In this document: one piece after another, positions 8,203 through 16,008 of the stretch
How positions within the stretch are numbered: the stretch's first letter is position 1
How the letters are laid out: each line of letters begins with the position of its first letter
Assembly: GCA_024275895.1 (NCBI GenBank)
Contig: JAJRYE010000035.1
Span: 4,667-68,666, forward strand
Direction of reading: 5' to 3'
Origin: Alphaproteobacteria bacterium
Lineage (GTDB): Bacteria > Pseudomonadota > Alphaproteobacteria > Rhizobiales > BM303
Length of the DNA stretch: 64,000 bases
Translations under genes and position numbers: made by a program
Notes under the pieces: model-generated
Database searches by the model: none
Told to the model about the DNA's origin: nothing
The model's input: only the letters and a program-made list of their open reading frames with translations

Positions 8203-8571
8203 TTACTTGCTCCACTTTTCAGCATCGCAGAACAGGCCGCCAATCATGCAGCCCTTGACGGACAACTTTGACCCCTTGAGGACAACGGTGCCGTTGAAAT
8301 TCATGTTTTTACCCATTTTCGGGTGTTTCATATCGCCTTTCCAGGTGTTCGGCGAAACCTTTTTGATACCGGTAAACATGACAAAGCCCTTGTTCTTGCC
8401 GGTAATCACCTTGGCGCACATCTTGCCGCCGCATTTCCAGACCTTGGCCTGTGTTCCGTTCGGGCGCTTCCAGGTGCCATAAGCGCTGGCGGCCTCAGCC
8501 GGTGCGATATGCGCCAGGGTAAAACCGGCTACAGCAACAGCGCCCACAGCGGCAAGTATAAATTTCCTCAT
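8203..8571 (-). CDS. DUF2147-like secreted protein (shorter paralogue)
   Basis: ATG at 8571 (MRKFILAAVGAVAVAGF) preceded by GGGAGAGAG. GTWKRPNGTQAKVWKCGGKMCAKV ... WKGDMKHPKMG ... GCM..LFCDAEKWSK. Confidence 0.75.
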   Translation of the reverse strand: MRKFILAAVGAVAVAGFTLAHIAPAEAASAYGTWKRPNGTQAKVWKCGGKMCAKVITGKNKGFVMFTGIKKVSPNTWKGDMKHPKMGKNMNFNGTVVLKGSKLSVKGCMIGGLFCDAEKWSK

Positions 8572-8746
8572 GTAACTCTCTCCCATTTTTAATCTACGAA
8601 TAACTGATGACGCTTGATTATATATTATTTCCCCATAGCTGGGGGTATGTGCGCACGTGACCATTATAAGGCCATTGGAATTATTTTTAAATACATATTA
8701 TAGTACATAAAAAACATGTATGAAATGCATGCGACGCTTCGGCGCG

Positions 8747-8774
8747 TTGACCCCTGGGCTTTAATCTTTAGTAT
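8747..8774 (+). promoter_or_regulatory. sigma70-like promoter candidate
   Basis: TTGACC (8747-8752), 16-nt spacer, TAGTAT (8769-8774), about 35 nt upstream of the small membrane protein gene, in an AT-rich spacer. Confidence 0.3.
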
Positions 8775-8807
8775 CGCCCCGGACACGCTAAATTTCAGGA
8801 GGTGAAA

Positions 8808-9020
8808 ATGGCCAAACTGGCACTATTGATTTATGTTATTGTGGCGCCGACCACCGCCGGCATTCTGGTTACGATTGCGCTGGCCGCGCCCAATCTCGGA
8901 CTGGACGGGCTCGGCAAGCTGTGGATTGTCGCCATAACCGGTTTTGTGATTGCAATCGCACCGTCAATCTGGCTGGGAAAAACGCTTAACCGCACATTTA
9001 ACAACAATAAAACTGCCTGA
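8808..9020 (+). CDS. small two-TM membrane protein (hypothetical)
   Basis: ATG at 8808 lies 5 nt after AGGAGG. The protein is hydrophobic (LALLIYVIVAPTTAGILVTIALAA ... WIVAITGFVIAIAPSIWL). Confidence 0.5.
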   Translation: MAKLALLIYVIVAPTTAGILVTIALAAPNLGLDGLGKLWIVAITGFVIAIAPSIWLGKTLNRTFNNNKTA

Positions 9021-9022
9021 TA

Positions 9023-10327
9023 TTAGGCGCCAAACACGCGCTTGAAGATCGTGTCTGTGTGTTTGGTGTGATAGCCAAGATCAAACAGGGATTCCAGTAT
9101 GGTGTCGCTCAGGGCCGTGCTGACGTCCTTGTCGTTTTTCAGAAGATCGAGAAACTGCCCCTCTCCGCGCCATACCGGCATGGCGTTGCGCTGCACCAGC
9201 CGGTAGGCTTCCTCGCGGGCAACCCCGGCCTGTGTCAGAGCCAGCAAAACCCGCTGGGAATGGATAAGCCCGCCCAGTTTGTCGAGATTGGCCTGCATGT
9301 TTTCAGGATAAACCACCAGCTTGTCCACGACATTGGTCAGCCGCGCCAGGGCAAAGTCGAGGGTGATGGTAGCATCCGGCCCGATCAGGCGCTCAACGGA
9401 AGAATGCGAGATATCGCGCTCGTGCCATAGCGCCACATTTTCCAGCGCCGGAATGACAAAGCCGCGCACAATTCGCGCCAGCCCGGTGAGGTTTTCGGTC
9501 AGGATCGGATTGCGCTTGTGCGGCATGGCGGATGAGCCCTTCTGGCCCCTGGAGAAAAATTCTTCCGCCTCCAGAACTTCTGTGCGCTGCAAATGACGGA
9601 TTTCCACCGCAAGGCGCTCAACCGAGCTGGCGATAACGCCAAGGGTGGCGAAAAACTGCGCATGGCGGTCGCGCGGGATCACCTGGGTTGAAACCGGTTC
9701 CGGTTTGAGGCCCAAAGCCCTGGCGACATGCTCTTCAACCGCCGGGTCAATATTGGCGAAGGTGCCCACCGCACCGGAAATCGCCGCGGTTGAAATTTCA
9801 TCGCGCGCCAGCTTCATGCGCGCCAGATTGCGGTCAAACTCGGCATAAAACCCGGCCAGCTTGATGCCGAATGTGGTGGCTTCGGCATGGATGGCGTGGC
9901 TGCGCCCGATGGTCAGCGTATCCTTGTGCTCATAAGCGCGGCGTTTAAGCGCCGCCAGCAGGGCCTCAAGATCGGCGATAATCATATCGGCGGCCCGCTT
10001 CAGCTGGATATTGAAGCAGGTATCGAGCACGTCGGATGAAGTCATGCCCTGATGGATAAAGCGCGCGTCATCTCCGACAATCTCGGCCAAGTGGGTTAAG
10101 AAGGCGATCACGTCATGCTTGACCTCGCGCTCGATCTCGTCAATCCGCGCCACGTCAAAACGGGCAGCATTGCCTTTCTCCCAGATCGTTTTGGCGGCCT
10201 CTTGCGGCACCACGCCCAATTCCGCCAGCGCATCGGCGGCATGGGCCTCGATCTCGAACCAGATGCGGAATTTTGTTTCCGGCGACCAGATTGCCACCAT
10301 ATCAGGACGGGAATAACGCGGTATCAC
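9023..10327 (-). CDS. purB: adenylosuccinate lyase
   Basis: 434 aa with fumarate-lyase superfamily signatures (GSSAMPHKRNP) and the typical PurB N-terminus MIPRYSRPDM. Confidence 0.95.
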   Translation of the reverse strand: MIPRYSRPDMVAIWSPETKFRIWFEIEAHAADALAELGVVPQEAAKTIWEKGNAARFDVARIDEIEREVKHDVIAFLTHLAEIVGDDARFIHQGMTSSDVLDTCFNIQLKRAADMIIADLEALLAALKRRAYEHKDTLTIGRSHAIHAEATTFGIKLAGFYAEFDRNLARMKLARDEISTAAISGAVGTFANIDPAVEEHVARALGLKPEPVSTQVIPRDRHAQFFATLGVIASSVERLAVEIRHLQRTEVLEAEEFFSRGQKGSSAMPHKRNPILTENLTGLARIVRGFVIPALENVALWHERDISHSSVERLIGPDATITLDFALARLTNVVDKLVVYPENMQANLDKLGGLIHSQRVLLALTQAGVAREEAYRLVQRNAMPVWRGEGQFLDLLKNDKDVSTALSDTILESLFDLGYHTKHTDTIFKRVFGA

Positions 10328-10457
10328 GGCGGCAAACTCCTATGTCAAAGGGCTTGGGTTAAAGTGTTGGAATGATGGCTAGTTGAAGTGCGGGCACAGG
10401 TCAAGGCGGCAGGCGAAGAATCCGTGCTCATTGCATCATTTTTTGATCCGGCACTTT

Positions 10458-10545
10458 CGTCATTCCGGCGCAAGCCGGAATCCGTTACAATGCATGTCGT
10501 TTTATGAATGGGTAGATATGGTTTCCAGATTGTGCCGGAATGACG
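10458..10545. repeat. REP-like palindromic repeat, inverted pair
   Basis: CGTCATTCCGGCgcaaGCCGGAATCC at 10458-10483 (internal hairpin ATTCCGGC/GCCGGAAT) and the inverted copy GCCGGAATGACG at 10534-10545. The same 9-mer recurs at 28525, 30440 and 61268. Confidence 0.5.
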
Positions 10546-10556
10546 GAGGGATATGT

Positions 10557-11180
10557 GTGAAAAAATTCTATGAAAATCATATCCTCCCCGCCCTTGTGCA
10601 TCATGTTTGTGCTCATGAAAAATTTTCCGCTGTGCGTGGCAAGATTGTACCGCGCGCCAAAGGCGTGGTGGTTGAGTTCGGTATTGGTTCGGGGCTCAAT
10701 CTGCCCTTTTATAACGCGCAAGAGGTCAGGGCGGTAATTGGCGTTGACCCGTCTTCCAAACTGGCCGAAAGAGCGGCTTCAAGGGTGCGCGCCGCGCCCT
10801 TTACGGTTGAATTGATAGCCCGTTCGGCCGAAGATCTGCCATTGGAGGACAACAGCGCCGATACGGTGCTCACCACCTTTTCGCTGTGCACAATTCCCGA
10901 TCTTGCCGGTGCTTTTGCCGAGGCGCGGCGGGTGCTCAAACCGGGCGGGCAATTGCTGTTTTGCGAGCACGGGCTGGCCGATGATGCGCGCATCGCCAAA
11001 TGGCAGCACCGGATCAATCCGTTCTGGATGCCGTTTTCCGGCGGGTGTCACCTCAATCGCGACATTCCGGCCCTGACCCGCGAATCGGGCTTCAGGATCA
11101 CCGATATGGAAACCGGTTTCATGGATGGCGCGCCGGGAATTGGCGGCTTCTTGTTTCGCGGCGGCGCCAAAGCCCGTTAA
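10557..11180 (+). CDS. class I SAM-dependent methyltransferase
   Basis: GTG at 10557 lies 6 nt after GGAGGG. Motif I is VVEFGIGSGLN, followed by LKPGGQLLFCEH. The 58-codon upstream extension in the track runs through the REP repeat and is rejected. Confidence 0.8.
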   Translation: MKKFYENHILPALVHHVCAHEKFSAVRGKIVPRAKGVVVEFGIGSGLNLPFYNAQEVRAVIGVDPSSKLAERAASRVRAAPFTVELIARSAEDLPLEDNSADTVLTTFSLCTIPDLAGAFAEARRVLKPGGQLLFCEHGLADDARIAKWQHRINPFWMPFSGGCHLNRDIPALTRESGFRITDMETGFMDGAPGIGGFLFRGGAKAR

Positions 11181-11186
11181 TCGGTA

Positions 11187-11984
11187 TCAGTCATAATAAT
11201 CCGGCACGAAGGTCTGGTCGGAGAAAGGCGGGCGCACATAGCCCTTGCTTTCCTGTCGCGGCTCCAGTTCTATCGTGTCGGGGGTCAGATCTTCATAGGG
11301 GATCAGGCTGAGCAGATGCGAGATGCAATTGAGCCGGGCGCGCTTTTTCACGTCGGCTTCCACCACATACCACGGCGCCTGCTTGATGTCGGTATGATCA
11401 AACATTTCGTCCTTGGCGCGCGAATACTCCACCCAGCGCTGGCGTGATTCCAGATCCATCGGGCTGAGTTTCCAGCGCTTGGTCGGGGTCTCCAGACGCG
11501 CCTGAAAGCGCTGCTCCTGCACCTCGTCGCTGATGGAAAACCAGTATTTGATCACCATAATCCCCGAGCGCACCAGCATGCGTTCGAATTGCGGGCATGA
11601 GCGCAGGAATTCCTGATATTCTTCAGGAGTACAAAAGCCCATCACATGCTCAACCCCGGCGCGGTTATACCAGGACCGGTCAAACAGCACCATTTCACCG
11701 GCGGCGGGAAGATGCGGCACATAGCGCTGGAAATACCACTGGGTTTTTTCACGCTCCGTCGGTGTGCCCAGCGCTACAACGCGGCAGATGCGCGGATTAA
11801 GCACTTGCGTTATGCGTTTGATAACGCCGCCTTTTCCGGCTGCATCACGGCCTTCAAACAACACGACGACCTTTAAATCCTTGGCCTTGATCCATTCTTG
11901 CAGCTTGACCAGTTCAATCTGCAACCGTTCAAGCTCTTTCAGATAGAATTTATTGTCGATTTTTCCGGTTTTCTTTTCCGCCAT
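11187..11984 (-). CDS. ppk2: polyphosphate kinase 2 (single-domain PPK2)
   Basis: ATG at 11984 after GGGGGAG. Walker A is FEGRDAAGKGG, plus YFQRY, DRSWYNR and the lid region. Confidence 0.9.
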   Translation of the reverse strand: MAEKKTGKIDNKFYLKELERLQIELVKLQEWIKAKDLKVVVLFEGRDAAGKGGVIKRITQVLNPRICRVVALGTPTEREKTQWYFQRYVPHLPAAGEMVLFDRSWYNRAGVEHVMGFCTPEEYQEFLRSCPQFERMLVRSGIMVIKYWFSISDEVQEQRFQARLETPTKRWKLSPMDLESRQRWVEYSRAKDEMFDHTDIKQAPWYVVEADVKKRARLNCISHLLSLIPYEDLTPDTIELEPRQESKGYVRPPFSDQTFVPDYYD

Positions 11985-12081
11985 AATGCTCCCCCAACAA
12001 GGCCGGTCAGCCAGAATCCAATGGTTCAAATCAAAATCAAGCCGCACCCTAGCGCGTTGGGAGAATGATTTCAAAGACTGA

Positions 12082-12678
12082 TTACAAATAGCTCTTGTTG
12101 CCGGCATTGCCGGAGCGGCGGTATTCGATACGCATGACATCATAGGGCCGCCGACTGATTTTGCTCATGACGGAGTACATCGAGTTGGAATCGCCCATGG
12201 AAGTCCGCAGGCGGTTTTGCACCGAGCCGCCGTTTTTCTTGCGGTGCACCATAACCAGATTAAAATTGCCGTTGCTGGCGCTTCCGCTTATGGCGGCGTT
12301 ATTCGGCCCGAAATTACCAAAGGAGCGGCCGATGATTTTGCCGCTGGCCTTGTCGAACCCCAGATAAGTCGTCCGTCTGACCGTCATTAAGAAGCTTTTG
12401 CAACTCATTGTTTGTTTAAGTAGTTTTCCGTTCAAAATCCATGAATTATTCAGGCTGCACTTGACATTCATTTCCGAGAATTTACGCGACGGGCGCACCT
12501 TGCCGGTTCCCTTCCAGTTGCCCACCAGAATGCTCAACTGGGCATTCCTGATATCGGGCGAACGGATTTGTTGCAATACCGATAAAGCGGCGACATCGCG
12601 GGCAAGTGAAGGGCTGGCGGCCATGTTTGAAACAACAACTAAAGCCGCGGCAAAAGGAAGGGTAAAAAGGGTTTTCAT
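12082..12678 (-). CDS. secreted hypothetical protein (low-GC gene)
   Basis: Signal peptide MKTLFTLPFAAALVVVSNMAASPSLA. Mature protein has an L..LVGNWKGTG pattern. GC is visibly lower than in the neighbours. Confidence 0.5.
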   Translation of the reverse strand: MKTLFTLPFAAALVVVSNMAASPSLARDVAALSVLQQIRSPDIRNAQLSILVGNWKGTGKVRPSRKFSEMNVKCSLNNSWILNGKLLKQTMSCKSFLMTVRRTTYLGFDKASGKIIGRSFGNFGPNNAAISGSASNGNFNLVMVHRKKNGGSVQNRLRTSMGDSNSMYSVMSKISRRPYDVMRIEYRRSGNAGNKSYL

Positions 12679-12774
12679 CGGTTAATACTCCTTGAAGACG
12701 TCTATCTTATCGGCGTTCTGGAGCGGCGTGCGTTCATTTGTATTTACCCACGCCGCCCCTGTTTCATTTGTGGC

Positions 12775-12822
12775 GATCAACTTGTCTGCATTTAAACGGT
12801 TCCGTTTGAATGCAGGTTGATC
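12775..12822 (-). terminator. long imperfect hairpin downstream of ycjF
   Basis: GATCAAC-ttgtc-TGCATTTAAACG-gttc-CGTTTGAATGCA-g-GTTGATC (12-bp inner stem with 1 mismatch plus a 7-bp outer stem), just 3' of ycjF. No U tract. Confidence 0.45.
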
Positions 12823-12834
12823 TAAACGGCCAAA

Positions 12835-13896
12835 TTATGACGAAGGCGATATTTTGCCGCTTTTGAGCAATTCGCCCAGCATATCCTTAAGCCTGGGCGA
12901 TTTGAGCGCCATGAAGGGCAAGGGGCGGCAGATTTCGATGGCGGCAAGACCGATGCGCGCGCTCAGGGCGCCATTCAGCGCCCCTTCGCCGAGGCGTGAG
13001 GAGATTTTGCTCATCAGCGAATGGCCAAGAATCTGGTTCAGCACATCCTCGCCAAGAGCAATCCCGCCGGTGAGGACAAGATGGGTCAAAACCATTCGCG
13101 CCAAACGCAGCAGGCCAAAAGCGCCGGGACGGCCACCGTAAAGGGTAGAAATCCCGCGCATGAGGCGCAGATTAAGCGCCGCGACAAAGGCAATGTCAAC
13201 CAGGGCGGAGGGGCTGATCGCGGTTAATATGGATACGCGCCTTGCGGTCGAGGCCACAAGGGCGCGGGCCTGCCGGTCAAGGGGCAGCATCAATTCGCGC
13301 TCCAGAAGATGCAGGCGCGCCTCGGCGTCCAGAATATCATCGTCATGTTCGCCGATGCGGGCCAGCCCCCAGGCAAGATCCTCGCGTGGCTCATAAAGCC
13401 GGGTGAGGGCGCTCTGAACGCCTGAAGCTTTACCGGCGCTTTGTTCCTGACAGGCGGCATCTGCCTTTGCCCTCAGGTGGCTGATACGGCGCTGGCGCAA
13501 AAGGGCGATAATCTCGCGCCCGGCGAGCATAATTGCCGCCATGGCGGCAACAAGCAGCAAAGCGCTTGCCGTCCAGCCCAGCCAGGGATGGGCGCTGAAC
13601 AAAGCGGTCACGATTTGCGTGACATAAAACCCGAGGCCAAGAAAGAGCAACGAGGCAAGCGCCGAAACCAGAACTGCCCCCCAGCGCATCTTCCTGCTAC
13701 GGCGTCCCTTTACCGGCACGGGCGAGATATTGGCTGTTTTTTCGTCCTCGAAGGGCAGCGGGGTAAATTTAATGGTTTGCGGTTCGGCTTCAGCCGCCGT
13801 TTTTGGAAAATCAGGCGTCTGTTGCTTCTTTTTCGGCGCAGCTTTGGCCTTTTTCTGCGGTGTCAGCCGGAAGGCGGCGGGTTTGCGCGGGCTCAT
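12835..13896 (-). CDS. ycjF: YcjF family (UPF0283/DUF697) inner-membrane protein
   Basis: 353 aa with a basic N-terminus, TM helices and a C-terminal DUF697-like region. The ATG overlaps the ycjX stop (ATGA at 13893-13896). Confidence 0.8.
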   Translation of the reverse strand: MSPRKPAAFRLTPQKKAKAAPKKKQQTPDFPKTAAEAEPQTIKFTPLPFEDEKTANISPVPVKGRRSRKMRWGAVLVSALASLLFLGLGFYVTQIVTALFSAHPWLGWTASALLLVAAMAAIMLAGREIIALLRQRRISHLRAKADAACQEQSAGKASGVQSALTRLYEPREDLAWGLARIGEHDDDILDAEARLHLLERELMLPLDRQARALVASTARRVSILTAISPSALVDIAFVAALNLRLMRGISTLYGGRPGAFGLLRLARMVLTHLVLTGGIALGEDVLNQILGHSLMSKISSRLGEGALNGALSARIGLAAIEICRPLPFMALKSPRLKDMLGELLKSGKISPSS

Positions 13897-15341
13897 GTCA
13901 GCCTGTCTCCAAATAAGAACTCAATCGCCCTGTCGAGGCGGATATGGGGCAGAACCGGAACCGGGTCCGTGGTAATAACGGGGGGACGGAAACGGATAAA
14001 GCGCAAATCCTCCACTCCCGTTCGCGTATCGCTTAGGGCATCGGCCGGGTTTTGCGGCAGATCGCCGGGGAAAATTGCCAGTTCCTCCTCGCCGTCAAAG
14101 ACCTCGTCCCCGAGGCGCTCGCCCCTGAGCGGAATGCCGGTGATGCATTTAAGATCAACCCCGCCGCGGCGCACCAGAGCTTCGCGTGTCGCCCGCACCG
14201 AGGCCAGCGCCAGCGTCCCCACATCGGCCCCGGCAATTTTGGCCTGCTCCATGGCGCTTTTCGTCAGCAGGCTCAATATATTTTGCAAACGGTCATGGCT
14301 GGTGTGGTGCAGATGGTCCGCCTTGCTGGCGGCAAACAGGATTTTATCAATACGGCGCGACAATATGGCGGAAAGCCAGCTGTTCTTTCCCGGCCGGAAA
14401 CTGAGAAGAATATCGCCCAGCGCGTGTTCCAGATCGCTCACGGCGGCGGGCCCGGCATTGAGGGCAAAGAGCGCATCTACCAGAACAATCTGCCGGTCAA
14501 GACGCGAAAAATGATCGCGGTAAAACGGCTTGACGATATGGGATTTATAGGCCTCATAGCGCCGCTGCATCATGGCGTGCAGACTCCCGGGCGCGGCCTG
14601 CGCGCCGTCTTCAAGTTCCAGCGGCGCAAATGTCAGCGCCGGTGAGCCTTCAAGATCGCCGGGCATTAAAAACCGCCCCGGCGGCAAGGTGGAAAGTGAA
14701 ATTTTTTCATCACGGCAGGCGCGCAGATAGGCGGTAAAAGTTTTGGCCGCCTCGCGGGCGGTTTGCTCATCGGCCGGTATATCCGTCTTGAGGCCGGAAA
14801 TATAGTTGCGCCATTCGGCCGCCAGCGGCTGGCGCAGCTTCTCGCTGCTCTGGGCGATGGCGTTTTTCGACCACTGCGCATAGCTCATATTCAAAAGCGG
14901 CAAGTCCAGCAGCCATTCGCCGGGATAGTCGATTATATCAATATTGAGCCTGCCACGGCCAAGATTGCGGCCAAACCAGCCCAGCGGTTCATATTCGAGG
15001 GTAATGCGTAACTGGCTGATGCGCCTTGTGCTTTGCGGCCAGTGGCGCGAGGATCCGGTAAGGGCTTCGAGATGATCCTCATAGGCAAAGCGCGGAATAT
15101 TGTCATCGGGCTGCGGTTGCAGCCAGGCCCGTTGCAGACGTCCTTCCGCCAGAGCGCGGAAAGCCGGCAGACGCCCACCATGCAGCAGATTATTCACCAG
15201 CGCGGTGATAAACACCGTCTTGCCCGAGCGCGAGAGCCCCGTCACGCCAAGCCGGATTGTGGGATCGAACATGCCTCTTGCATAATCCGCTATGCCGCCA
15301 AGAGCATGCAGGGTATCGCCGGGAAGATCAGAATATTTCAA
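13893..15341 (-). CDS. ycjX: YcjX family P-loop NTPase
   Basis: IRLGVTGLSRSGKTVFITALVNNL Walker A close to the N-terminus, as in E. coli YcjX. I prefer the TTG start at 15341 after AAGGCGGA; the track start (TTG at 15371) is also possible. Confidence 0.8.
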   Translation of the reverse strand: MKYSDLPGDTLHALGGIADYARGMFDPTIRLGVTGLSRSGKTVFITALVNNLLHGGRLPAFRALAEGRLQRAWLQPQPDDNIPRFAYEDHLEALTGSSRHWPQSTRRISQLRITLEYEPLGWFGRNLGRGRLNIDIIDYPGEWLLDLPLLNMSYAQWSKNAIAQSSEKLRQPLAAEWRNYISGLKTDIPADEQTAREAAKTFTAYLRACRDEKISLSTLPPGRFLMPGDLEGSPALTFAPLELEDGAQAAPGSLHAMMQRRYEAYKSHIVKPFYRDHFSRLDRQIVLVDALFALNAGPAAVSDLEHALGDILLSFRPGKNSWLSAILSRRIDKILFAASKADHLHHTSHDRLQNILSLLTKSAMEQAKIAGADVGTLALASVRATREALVRRGGVDLKCITGIPLRGERLGDEVFDGEEELAIFPGDLPQNPADALSDTRTGVEDLRFIRFRPPVITTDPVPVLPHIRLDRAIEFLFGDRLT

Positions 15342-15413
15342 GGATATCCGCCTTTTGTTAATACAACCCAAGAGATAGGATGAGGAAGCGGCTCTGGCAA
15401 GGGAAGTGACGGA

Positions 15414-15947
15414 TTATGATTCCCCGGCTTTTACGTTCAATAATTTCGGGGTCATGAAATCAATGAGATTTGCGCTTCTGGCCCTGATCTTGCGCCAGTT
15501 GTCCACATCAAAGCGCAGTACGGCAAGAGCGGCGGTGGGAAATTTTGACCACATATTCTGCCAGGTGCCGCGGTCACCTTCTCCGGCCAGGGTGAGGGCC
15601 AGTTCCTGAATGCCCGGATTATGGCCGATGAGCAGTAAATTTTCAGTCACCTCGGGCGCCATTTGTACAAGCTCTAAAAGATTTGAAGAATCTGCATGAT
15701 AAATAGCTTTGTTCATGTAAACATGACGCGGTGCAGCCAGATGGCGCTGCACCATTTCGAGGGTTTCGCGGGTGCGTTTGGCCGGTGAACACAAGATGGT
15801 ATCGGGTTGATAGCCGGCATTTTTCATATATTCGCCCATCCGCGGCGCGGCATTCCAGCCGCGCGGGGCCAGCGGGCGGTCAAAATCTCTTAAAGCCGGT
15901 TCATTCCAGCTCGATTTGGCGTGACGCAGGAGGTAAAGATGAAGCAT
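15414..15947 (-). CDS. histidine phosphatase family protein (SixA-like)
   Basis: ATG at 15947. LYLLRHAKS (RHG-type motif) and LLIGHNPG (second catalytic His). Confidence 0.8.
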   Translation of the reverse strand: MLHLYLLRHAKSSWNEPALRDFDRPLAPRGWNAAPRMGEYMKNAGYQPDTILCSPAKRTRETLEMVQRHLAAPRHVYMNKAIYHADSSNLLELVQMAPEVTENLLLIGHNPGIQELALTLAGEGDRGTWQNMWSKFPTAALAVLRFDVDNWRKIRARSANLIDFMTPKLLNVKAGES

Positions 15948-16008
15948 AATTATCAACTTTAACGCCATTACCTGCAAAGGCAAGCCTAGGCCCTACCGGA
16001 TATAGCGC

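Noticed and set aside
10383-10556. N-terminal extension of the methyltransferase ORF (track start 10383)
   Set aside because: The extension reads through the REP-like repeat (translation ...FRHSGASRNP...). A GTG with a good GGAGGG ribosome-binding site at 10557 fits the family N-terminus.
13441-14514. 357-aa plus-strand ORF
   Set aside because: It is antisense across the ycjF/ycjX junction. The translation is extremely Arg/Ser-rich. Shadow ORF.
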